Positions 53,319-63,255 of a stretch of 63,255 bases of DNA are shown piece after piece. Within the stretch, counting starts at the first letter, position 1. Each line of letters begins with the position of its first letter. The notes under the pieces were generated by a model. That model was not told the DNA's origin. It searched no databases and worked only from the letters and a program-made list of their open reading frames with translations. The stretch is from Chrysochromulina tobinii (taxonomy: Eukaryota): contig JWZX01003271.1 in assembly GCA_001275005.1 (NCBI GenBank), positions 1 to 63,255 of the forward strand, given 5' to 3'. The position numbers were made by a program, and so were the translations under genes.

Positions 53319-54536
53319 TCAGCCAAAGGTGACGGTAGGGGTTGGCTCGACGGGTGTGGCGCCGGGCGTCAGCCAGGGCGTCGCGTACACGTCCGCCGGC
53401 TTGGTCGGTGCCGGCAGGTCCAGGATGGTCGAGGACGGCAGGATGGTCGGCGCTTGGTGCTCGGCAACCGCCGTACCTTCTTGCTGCATGCGAGCGTAGA
53501 TCGAAGCGTACAGCGCGCGGCGGTCGACGCCGACGAGCGAGCCTCCGGCCGCCTTGCTTGCCAGAGCAGCGGCGCCGCTCTCGCGCCGCTCAAAGATGCT
53601 CCGTTCGATCTCGAAGCGGCGCGTCTCACTCGACGTTCCCAAAACCGGACGCGCGAGCGGCCACGGCCACGCGTCCTTCGGCGGCGCGGGACGGTAGGTA
53701 GGTCGATTGCCGGAGTGCATGTAGGCGACCTGGCGCATCGCTGGCGAGGGCCGCTGCGATGCGGGGCAGTGCGCGTACAGGACCGGCGCCGCGCTCAGAG
53801 GGCGCGGCGGCTTGGCCCAGATCTCACGTGTGGCTGGCTCGAAGGCCCCAACGCGCTGCATGTCCTGCCTCGGTGCGCCGCACTGGAGGGCGATTTCCTC
53901 GAGGCCTGCCTGGCGGGCGAGTGCAAAGGCCTCGCGCAGCATGATCTCGCCATGACGCTCCTCGTGCCAGCGCAGCCCAGTCAACACCGTCGCGCTGTCC
54001 ACGGGCGCCACGCGCCGATTCTCCCACTCAATCTCACCCTCGAGAAGCGCCCATGCCCGCCGCCGATCCGCCGACCAGATGAGCGCGACGCCCACGGAGC
54101 GGTCGTTGTGCCACTGGCTCACGGTCACCACGCCCGATCGGTGATGGTACGCGCCGCGGCCAGACCGCTTGCCACTTTGGAACTCGCCTTCGTACACGTC
54201 GCCGCTCGGATGCCTCAGGCGGCCGGTTCCGTGCATGAGGCCGTCTACGATGTCGCCCTCGTAGTGCGCGCCCGTGGCCCACTCGATCGAGCTCGCCGAC
54301 ACTTGCACGCAGGCACGCGGCGGCAGCTTCGGCGCCGGCGACGGAAGCTTCGGCGCCGGCGGCGGCCTATGCTTTGGAACCGTGCTGTTGTCTGGGCCCC
54401 GCGTCCAAACGTGGCGCTTTTCGTGCGGGTACGAGTACGACTTCGGGTTGGGCGGCTCGGCCCATCGAAAGGCGGGCTCCAGCTTGCTCTCGGTCTCAAT
54501 GAGCAATGCGTGGGCTATTACGGACGAGTTGGGCAT
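53319..54536 (-). CDS. MORN-repeat protein
   Basis: YEGDIVDGLMHGTGRLRHPSGDVYEGEFQSGKRSGRG. Confidence 0.75.
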   Translation of the reverse strand: MPNSSVIAHALLIETESKLEPAFRWAEPPNPKSYSYPHEKRHVWTRGPDNSTVPKHRPPPAPKLPSPAPKLPPRACVQVSASSIEWATGAHYEGDIVDGLMHGTGRLRHPSGDVYEGEFQSGKRSGRGAYHHRSGVVTVSQWHNDRSVGVALIWSADRRRAWALLEGEIEWENRRVAPVDSATVLTGLRWHEERHGEIMLREAFALARQAGLEEIALQCGAPRQDMQRVGAFEPATREIWAKPPRPLSAAPVLYAHCPASQRPSPAMRQVAYMHSGNRPTYRPAPPKDAWPWPLARPVLGTSSETRRFEIERSIFERRESGAAALASKAAGGSLVGVDRRALYASIYARMQQEGTAVAEHQAPTILPSSTILDLPAPTKPADVYATPWLTPGATPVEPTPTVTFG

Positions 54537-54942
54537 CGGACCGAACAGCGACAGGGGGTGTGCCTGACGAGTATTGCCTCGGTGCTCAAGCTGCTGCCGC
54601 CGCCGCCGCTGCTGCCTGGAGAGTTAGAGGAAAATCGAACGAACTTAGCCCGCCGATACGACGCGTGAAGCAACTTGTGCTACTGATGGGCCAAGCACGC
54701 ACCCACAAGCCCCGGTGATGCACAGCACGTGTTGTCGGCTTCCTTTCAACTAAACATTTGAATTCCGGTAGGCCCCTCACTAGGAGACGTGAGAAATCCA
54801 GGCACGACCTTTTCAGCTGTGAGTTGGCGCCTTTACGGGAACCGCGAACAGCGTATACGGCTGAGCGGCATAAACTTCCAAGTTCGCTGACGAAATCGAG
54901 CGCGATGCGATGGCAAGGGAGGATTAGTGTGCGGTCTCCGCG

Positions 54943-57871
54943 ATGCCGTCGAGCACGGCCATCACCACGTTCCTGCGGCTGCGCCCGTCCAAGCACGGCT
55001 CTGGCTACTTTGCCGTCGATCCATCCGCGCCCAACAAGGTTGAGGTCTCCGTGCCTCCCGAGGAGGCGGCGGGCCTACACGTGAACCACAAGCGGAACCA
55101 ATGGAAGTTCAGCTTTGACGGTGTGCTCGAGACTCGCGCGACGCAAGAGGAGGTCTTCGAGCGCGTCGCCGAGCCCGTCGTCGCTTCCGTCTTCGAGGGC
55201 TACAATGGCACGGTCTTCGCGTACGGCCAGACGGGCAGTGGCAAAACGTTCACGCTCACAGGCGGCGTGAATGCCTTCGGCGAGCGTGGCATCATCCCGC
55301 GCACGCTGAGCGCCCTCTTTGCGCGCATCGCCGCTGACACGGAGGCCGAGTATACGGTCCGCATATCGTACCTCGAGATCTACAACGAGACTGGCTTCGA
55401 CTTGCTCGACTCACGGCAGGCCGCAGTGCAGTCCAAGGGACACGGCAACCTGGCGCATGCAGATCTGGCGCAGCTCGCGCGCGTGCAGGGCGGTCACCGA
55501 GGACGCGGATGGCTCCGTGCGCCTCAAGGGGCTCTCGTCGCACGTGGTGGGCAGCGAGGAGGCGGCTCTCAACCTGCTCTTCGTGGGCGATACCAATCGC
55601 GCCGTCTCGGAGACGTCGATGAACGCGGTCTCGTCGCGCTCGCACTGCGTGTTCACGGTGGCGCTCGAGGCGCGTCCGCACGGCTCGAGCACCGTGCGCC
55701 GCTCCAAGCTCCACCTCGTCGACCTCGCAGGCAGCGAGCGCGTGGGCAAGAGCGGCGCGAGCGGCACGACACTGAACGAGGCGATCCACATCAATTCGAG
55801 TCTTTTTCAGCTCGAGCTTGTGATCATGGCCCTCCATGAGCGCCAGACAGCGAGCAGCCGGCACGTGCCCTACCGAAACTCAATGTTGACCTCCGTGCTA
55901 CGCGACTCCCTCGGCGGCAACTGCAAGACGGTCATGGTGGCCACGGTCCACCCGGCCGTGAGCCACACAGACGAATCCATCTCCACGTGCAAGTTTGCGC
56001 AACGGGTGGCGATGGTCAAGAACGAGGTGAGTGTGAACGAGGAGGTGGACCAAGCAGTGCTCATCGCGCGGCTGCAGGACGAGAATCGCAAGCTGCGCGA
56101 GGCGGGTGGTGGCGCTGGCGGGAGTGCGGAGGACGACCCGACCAAGCAGCTGAGTGCTGAGGAGTTGCAGCAGTTGCATCGCGACGTGCGTGCCTTTGTG
56201 AGCGACGCGGACCCACAGGTGACGCTCGCGTGGGGGCCTGGCAAGCGGCTGGCCAAGGTGCGCCACGCGCTCTGGATCCTCAAGGGGTTGCTGCTCGAGG
56301 GGTGGCGGCCGCACCGGGCGCCACCCGCCGAGGCTTGGTCTGCTGAACGGCTCGCACGGAGTGCGCCGGCACCGACGGCCGGTGTGGTGGCCGCTGGGGC
56401 GGCAGGGGCGAGTGGCGGCGTGGGCACTGGAGGCGGCGGAGGCGGCGACGAGGGGCCGAGCTCGACGACTGGTGGCACGCGGGCGGCGGACGAGGCGGAG
56501 GCGGCTGAGGTGCGAGAGCGGCGCGAGGAGTTGCTGCGGCGCGCTGACGACGCGCCTGTGGTGACGGCGGCGGAGGAGGCGACAGCGCTACGTAGCGTCG
56601 AGCAGGCGTACTCCCTGTTTACAAGCTGCTATGCCCAGGGCGTCGCCTTGACGCGAGCCCATCGCGAGGCGCGCGCGGCGCTCCGTTTGCATGTCGAGAG
56701 GGCGCAGGCGATCGGCCAGTCGCTGCGGGCGGTGCGGGACGCGGTTGGAGCGGCCAAAGCGGCGGTCGAGGCGCGCCGCGTGTCGCTCGCCGTCGCCTCC
56801 GTGCTCCCTGCTGCTGCGACGGCGGACGCGGCGGCGGACGCGGCGGCGGACGCGGCGGCGGTGGACTCGGCGGCTGCTTCCCATGGGGTGGGCGAGGACG
56901 AGGAGGAGCGACGGTTGTGTGCTGAGCTGCAACACGCCAAAGATCTGTACCATGCGCAAGCGACGGAGCTCAAGCACTTGAAGCAGCAATGCACTGCGCT
57001 GCAGGGGCGTGCGGATGGATTGCACGCAGCGGCGGAGATGGCTTTCCATTCTTGGTGGCCTCTCGCGTGCGAAAGGCTGCAAGTGCCGCCGCCGCCGACG
57101 AGCGGTGAGGGGGGCGAGGAGCAGCCTACCGCCTTCCACCCCCCACCCCCCTCTTCCGAGCCGACACCGCGCGCACCACCGCGCGCACCACCGCGGGCAA
57201 CAGGGCTTCCGCCGCCGCCGCGGCCCGCGCCGCCCCCACCGCCGCCGGCGGCGGCCGCTTCCGCCGCTCCGGTGGCGGCGGCGATGAGTGCGGCGGCGTG
57301 GCTGGCGCTGCTGAGTGATCCTCACGCGGCGCTCGCCGAGTTCCGTCACGCGCACTGGGACGCCGCGCGCGCGAGGGAGAGAGACGAAACCAAGCGCGCG
57401 CTGCATGAGGCGTATGCGGGCGCCAAGGAGGCGGGTGAGCTTGTGGGTCGCAAGCGTGCGGCGGTGGCACAGCTCAAGGAGGCGCTCGGGACGGCGCTCG
57501 AAGGTCAGGCCGGTAATCAGGCCGGTAGCCAGGCCGGCGAGGAGCGCATGCGCGCGCAGCTAACGCTCGAGACGACGCTGTACAAGGGCGGCGTGGCCTC
57601 ACTCAAGGAGCTCAAGGGCGAGATTGAGAGCCTTCAGCTCCAGCTCCAGCGTTCGCAGCAGCGCTTGCAGGCGGACTTTGAGAGCTGGCACACGGGTGCG
57701 CTCGCAGACGCCAGCAAGCGCGCCGCCGCTGAGGGCGCCACCGCCACGCTCTTGGCCGGCGCGGCCAGCGCCGCCGCGCCCAAGGCACCTACCGCCGGTG
57801 CGATGCCAGCAGGGCTGTTTGTGCGCGGCAGCTTGCCAGGGCCGCCGACGTACGCTTGGGCGGCCGACTAG
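54943..57871 (+). CDS. Kinesin-9 family (KIF6-like) motor; +1 frameshift at ~55488-55490
   Basis: FAYGQTGSGKTFT, SYLEIYNE, MNAVSSRSH, LVDLAGSER, HVPYRNS, ESISTCKFAQRVA. Confidence 0.88.
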
Positions 57872-58018
57872 GCTAGGGGTTTCTAGACGCCGTCACCGAG
57901 TCCGAAATAAGACTGTTTCAGTGAACTTGAGACCCTCACCTGCGGTCGTGAATTTCGGTTGACGAAATTGAATCTCTCGAAAAACTCAGTTGTGTGTGTG
58001 TGGGAGCGCGGAATCTTC

Positions 58019-59296
58019 ATGTCGTCGCCAGAAAGTTTCTCCACCCCGACCGAGGCAGCGGTCGTGCGCTGGCTGAAATCGCAGGAGATCCCGGCGGATG
58101 TGTACCTGAGGGAGGCCCGCGCCGCACTTGAGGCAGCTGTCGAACAAGTGCTCATCGACAGGCCGGTCAACCCATTGTTGGCCATCGGGCAGCACCTCTG
58201 CGCTTACCAGGTGCAGGCGGAGTTGGCGCTGGTGCAGCGCAGCTCGAGCACCTCTTCTCGCATGCCGACGCACGAGCTGGAGGTGGAGGCGGCGCCGGTG
58301 CAGCGCAGCTCGGGCACCTCTTCTCGCATGCCGACGCACGAGCTGGAGGCGGAGGCGGCGCCGGTGCAGCGCAGCTCGAGCACCTCTTCTCGCATGCCGA
58401 CGCACGAGCTGGAGGGGGAGTCGGCGCCCGTTCAGAACTTCAAGACTGAACGCAGCGACTCCACCATGCCCGAAAGTGTCTCCATTGTGGCCGCGGTCGC
58501 GCCTGTCCAAACGCCGACCGCCAAAGAGCAGCTGTTGCTGCCCAAGATGCTCGCGGCGCTCGCTGTGCGCGGGGTGAAGCCGCGTCCGCTCGGGGCGGGA
58601 GAGACGAAAGAGGACGCGCTCCTGCGGTACCTGCGCGCGCGTCACCACAATGTGGAGAAGGCAGCGAACCAGTACGCGGCGACCATTAAGTGGCGCGAAG
58701 AGCATCATGTCGACCACTTAAGAACGTTGACGCCCGATGAGGCATTGGGGGCGCCTGTCGCGGGCATGCGGCATTTCGTACCGCACGCGCAGACCGGCAT
58801 TGATCGCAAAGGCTGCCCAATCATCTTCAAGGTGATGGGAGCTAACTGCCGCGTGAAGTTGGCTGTCGAAGCGGGCTATTCTCTGGACGCCATCGGACGG
58901 TATAATGTCTGGCTGAATGAGTCGTACATGGACGCGCTGGCGGCGGCCAAGGCGCGAGAGTGGTCGGTGGTCATTGACGCCGCGGGCTGGCATCTCGGCC
59001 TTTTCGATTCGTATGGGTTCAAGTTCCTCAAGCAAACGGCGACCACGGACTCATCGCACTACCCAGAGCTGCTCAGCACGATGCTGATCGTCAACGCGCC
59101 TCCGGTGCTTGCTGTAGCGTGGCGCGTTATCCGAACGTGGGTGGACGAGGACACACGCGAGAAGATCGATATCCTCTCGTCTGAAACCTCGCGAGCACGG
59201 CTGCACAAGATGGCCGACCCGGCGCAGCTGCCTGCACAATACGGCGGAACCGCGAAGCCCTTGCCAGGCTGGCCGCCTGAGGCGGGCGTTCCCTAA
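58019..59296 (+). CDS. Dpy-30/RIIa-like motif, 3 x 66-nt repeat and CRAL-TRIO (Sec14) protein
   Basis: AVEQVLIDRPVNPL; LLRYLRAR..NVEKA, DRKGCPI, HYPELL..IVNAP..WRVIRTWVD..TREKI, QLPAQYGG. Confidence 0.88.
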   Translation: MSSPESFSTPTEAAVVRWLKSQEIPADVYLREARAALEAAVEQVLIDRPVNPLLAIGQHLCAYQVQAELALVQRSSSTSSRMPTHELEVEAAPVQRSSGTSSRMPTHELEAEAAPVQRSSSTSSRMPTHELEGESAPVQNFKTERSDSTMPESVSIVAAVAPVQTPTAKEQLLLPKMLAALAVRGVKPRPLGAGETKEDALLRYLRARHHNVEKAANQYAATIKWREEHHVDHLRTLTPDEALGAPVAGMRHFVPHAQTGIDRKGCPIIFKVMGANCRVKLAVEAGYSLDAIGRYNVWLNESYMDALAAAKAREWSVVIDAAGWHLGLFDSYGFKFLKQTATTDSSHYPELLSTMLIVNAPPVLAVAWRVIRTWVDEDTREKIDILSSETSRARLHKMADPAQLPAQYGGTAKPLPGWPPEAGVP

Positions 59297-60375
59297 ACTT
59301 GCAGGGCAAACGTCCTTCTCCTCAGCGAAGAGGCAGCGCGGGCTGCTGGCACATGACCGTGAGGTCGTGTCCAAAGCACGCAGCATCCGTCGCTCGGGAT
59401 GTCGAGCTTTACGTGTCCAACCTATTTTGCCTCAACAATGGTTACCTCAATGGTGTTTTGCACTTTTTGCATTTGTACGGTCGATCTGCGTCGAGAGGTA
59501 GTTCTGTCAGTGTGTGTCATTTGCACCATGCATTTGCACCCTGTCCGGTCCGGTATCGGGTACGGGTTCGGGTTATATAAAATTTTAGGGGTAGTGCGGT
59601 GAGTGAGTGAGTGAGGTAACCTATATTCAAAGTTAAGTAGTATATTAACGCGGTTATGAAAGGGAAGAGGGAGGCGAGAAACGATGAACTCACACCAAGG
59701 TTCGGTAAACGGTAAACCCAAACGCCGCGGGCGTTTCACCAGGACGTGACGAACCTCCTCTCACTCTCTCGAATTCAATGGAATTCTGCGCAATCCTTCG
59801 CCTTTCGATGGAGTCCATTCAGCGTCCCTCGCCTCAGTCAATCAATCGCCCTCACCCTTCGCCGCACCTGTGTCGCATGATAGGGGTACGGATACATACA
59901 TCATGCTGTGTTAGATTGTAACCGGGCATGCCATATGTCCCCCCGCGGTCCACACGCCAATCAGGCGAGGTGGTTGCACGGCCTAGAGGTCTAGACCGTG
60001 TCCGTGGGGGGGACTACAGGTCCTGCCCGGGGTCGCATACGGTGAGGCTCGGCCACGCGCGAGACGTCAGCGGCTGACGAAATTCGGTTTCGTCAATGAC
60101 GAAACTCGCGCGGTCTGGAGGTATTCACTATGAACAACGACTCTGAGTGACCACAAGCGGAAAGGGCGAGAACCACTCCTCCCCGTTTTCCCCACAGGGG
60201 AGTCGGCCCGGCGCCGGCGCCGGACTCACGCTCGGCGTGGAGCCCCCATTCACAATGAGAAAAGAGGGGCTGGGCGAGAACTGAAAAACTGAAGCCTAGT
60301 ACGACCCTCATACCCTCCGTCACCTTCGACACCAAGCGCAGCGGGCGCTTCCTGCTGCAATTCCTGCTCGTCGGA

Positions 60376-61835
60376 ATGGCCCTCTTCCATGTCTTCTCCA
60401 TCGCGCCCGTGTTTGCGTCGGTCAAGGTCGAGCGTCATGCGGCGCCGGAGCCCTTGGCGGACACCTCCGCCTCGCCGAGCCCTAATGCGTCGACGATCGT
60501 GGGCACGGAGCTCACCCACAGCCTCGACGACGGACCCGCGTTCCTCGTTTGCATATCGGCCGCCGACTTGCCTCTGGTGGGCCGCCTCACGGCGTGCATC
60601 ATCGACGACGGCTCGTGCCTGAACACGATGTCGTGCCCGTACCTGTCCACCGCTGTCGGCGGCACGGGCCTCTACCGCATCCCGGCTGGCAACTCCACCA
60701 TCGACCCGTGCGCCTTCTGCCGCGGTGCCACGAGCACGCGCGCTGGGCGTAACTCGATGGCGGCCGACGACGGGCTGCGCAAGGGCGCGCGCCAGGTCTT
60801 TGAGGTCGCGCTCGAGGAACCCTTCTTCGAGGGCAAGCTCGGGGACGCCGACGTCAAGTACGAGTACTCGTTCCCGTACGGCCAGACGAGTGTGAACGCG
60901 GACGCGGCGGGTGGCCCCGTCGAGGAAGCAGCGAAAAGGGACGGGGTGCCTTTGCGGTGGGTGGAGCGCTTCGACGGCGCACTCGTGCTGCGCTGGCTCG
61001 GGTTGCTCGGGTTCATCTTGGTTGCAGGTTGCTCGGAGCAGGATCGGTGCAGACCAAACAAGCACTCCGCGATTTGGTCGAAAACCAATCGCTCCTACCA
61101 TAACAAGTGGTTCGAAATGGCCTTGCTCGCGCACTTGGTCCCGCATGCGTCGCCGTCGCCGCCGCCGCCGTCGCCGCCGCCGTCGCCGCCCGACGTTGGG
61201 TTCTCCCCCTCAACCATCGCGCCGAACACACATATCACTCTCAGCGTCCTCGGCACCTTTGCATCCCCAGGCGACACCCTCGTCCTCCTCCCGGCCGGCA
61301 CGCCCGACTGCACCGGCGCCGTCCACGCCTTCTCCACCTCCGGCGGCCTCGTCAGCTCCTCGAGGACCCTGACCGTGACCATCGGCGTGAGCGGCACGTA
61401 CAAGACGTGCATCTCGCGCCTCACCGGCCCAACGCTCGACTCGCAGTTCATCTACCTCAACGGGCCTCGGCTGATCGTTGCGAGCGCGAACGCCTACTTC
61501 ACCGTCACCTCCGGCCCATGCACTGTCGATCCGAGCGCCCCGAACTGCATTCGCTCGCCCAACTTTCCGTCGGAATACGGCAGATACCAGCTACCCTGCT
61601 CCATCACGTCCACCACGCTCGCCATCGGAAGGCCCCTGACAGCGACCTCCTTTAACACGGGCGGCGCGTCGTACGACTCTCTCAACATACCTAGCCACCC
61701 GTCGGGCACGTTGACGAGCTTCTCAGGATATTATATATATAACGGGCCTTCCAATTTCATCTTGGGTCCGGGGACGATCACATGGTCTTCAGGCTACTAC
61801 AGCAACACCGGCTGGCGAGTGTGCTCGCACTCGTG

Positions 61836-61873
<38 letters not shown>

Positions 61874-63033
61874 CGCCGCCGCCGCCGTCGCCACCGCCGT
61901 CGCCGCCGCTGAACACACTGAGATTTACCGTCACCTCCGGCCCATGCACCGTCGATCCGAGCGCCCCGAACTGCATTCGCTCGCCCTACTTTCCGTCGAA
62001 TTACGGCGTCAACGAGACGTGCTCCATCACGTCGACCGCGCTCGCCATTGGAAGGCCCCTGACAGCGACCTCCTTTAATACGGAGGCTGGTTACGACTAT
62101 CTCCACATACCTAGCCACCCGTCAGGGACGTTGACGGCCTTCTCAGGATACACCGGACCTTCCAATTTCATCTTGGGTCCGGGGACGATCCAATGGTCTG
62201 CAAACCTCTATCACGCCTCCACCGGCTGGCGAGTGTGCTCGCACTCGTGGCCGCCGCCGTCGCCGCCGTTGCCGCCGCCGCCCCCGTCGCCGCCGCCGTC
62301 GCCGCCCGACGTTGGGTTCTCCCCCTCGACCATCGCGCCGAACACACAGATCACCCTCAGCGTCCTCGGCAGCTTTGCGTCCCCAGGCGACACCCTCGTC
62401 CTCCTGCCGGCCGGCACGCCCGACTGCACCGGCGCCGTCCACGCCTCCTCCACCACCGGGGGCCTCGTCAGCTCCTCGAGGACCCTGGCCGTGACCTTCG
62501 GCGTGAGCGGCACGTACAAGACGTGCATCTCGCGCCTCACCGGCCCAACGCTCGACTCGCAGTTCATCTACCTCAACGGGCCTCGGCTGATCGTTACGAT
62601 GCCGACGTCGCCAACGGCTGCCACGTCGGTCGAGGCCCTCGCTCAACAGATTGCCGCTCTCTCTGCCAGCGTGGCTGCCCTGTCCCCTCTCTCTGCCAAT
62701 GTAGCTGCTCAGAGCAGTGCTCTTGCGACTCAGAGCAGTACTCTCTCGACTCTCTCTGCCAGTGTGGCTGCCCTGTCCCCTCTCTCTGCCAATGTAGCCG
62801 CCCTTTCGGCAGCCCTCTCATGCGGCGCGGGCGGCCGCCGGCTGGAAACGGACGCGTCTTCCGCAGCCTCCGTGCTATCAGAGCCATCGGGGCCATCCGA
62901 GTCCACCACTGCACAGACAGTCGTGGACGACTTCCTGAGCCTCCGCCCCGACCTTGCCGGGACGCTCACCGCGGAGCAGCGAGCGGGGATGGAGGAGCTC
63001 GGGCAGCATTTTGGGCTGCCGGCGCTCGCGTAA
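60376..63033 (+). CDS. Pro-rich modular surface/secreted-type protein with two CUB-like domains between two copies of an unknown beta-rich module
   Basis: Duplicated FTVTSGPC..CIRSP.FPS.YG..CSIT..FNT..YD.L..GWRVC; duplicated VGFSPSTIAPN..GTYKTC; poly-Pro linkers; RRL near the C-terminus. Exact start and introns are uncertain. Confidence 0.7.
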
Positions 63034-63255
63034 GGCGATCGAGCGTCGGCATCCCATCGCCTAGTACCCCATCCGTCATGACATCCGCATTCGCTCTATC
63101 GGCGGCGCTGTTGTCCCGCCGTCGTCTTCAGGGGAGTACGTGCCCGCTCGCCGCTCTTGCAAGCCGGTGCTCCTGCGGACCGTTACAGTACCCGCCAGCT
63201 CCACCCTCGCTGCCGCCTTCGCCACCACCACCGTCGCCGCCCCCGCCCTCTCCAC

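Noticed and set aside
53258..53324. 33-bp tandem duplication at the MORN gene stop
   Set aside because: Simple local duplication with no evident consequence.

Overview
High-GC eukaryotic genomic DNA with GT-AG introns, flagellar genes and signal-peptide-bearing plastid-type genes; the style is haptophyte/Chrysochromulina-like (inference). The first ~15 kb is one giant single-ORF non-LTR retrotransposon (~260-15090, + strand, more than 4600 aa, no stops). Besides the APE endonuclease, RT (FADD), RNase H and CCHC knuckle, it carries unusual cargo: two RPA32C-binding-type helices (UNG2/TIPIN/SMARCAL1-like), a chromo-like segment, an HPD-containing J-domain and a DUF4326 domain. A ~137-bp repeat array with hairpin potential follows in the 3' UTR. 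The 5' end abuts and truncates a TTLL6/13-like polyglutamylase gene whose 5' half is not found on the other flank. The remaining ~48 kb is gene-dense host DNA: PRMT7-like, CARNMT1-like, cNMP-AGC pseudokinase, HOP2, a 9-exon gene with minisatellite introns, NEK, RPAP2, a ~30-repeat DARPin-like ankyrin protein, mTERF, DUF1995, cNMP/GYF protein, EamA, PHD-like oxygenase, C2-TBC GAP, zinc-finger protein, MORN, kinesin-9, CRAL-TRIO and a CUB-like surface protein. Five host genes show +1 frameshifts (probably assembly insertion errors). Domain calls come from recognising motifs by eye; no searches were run.
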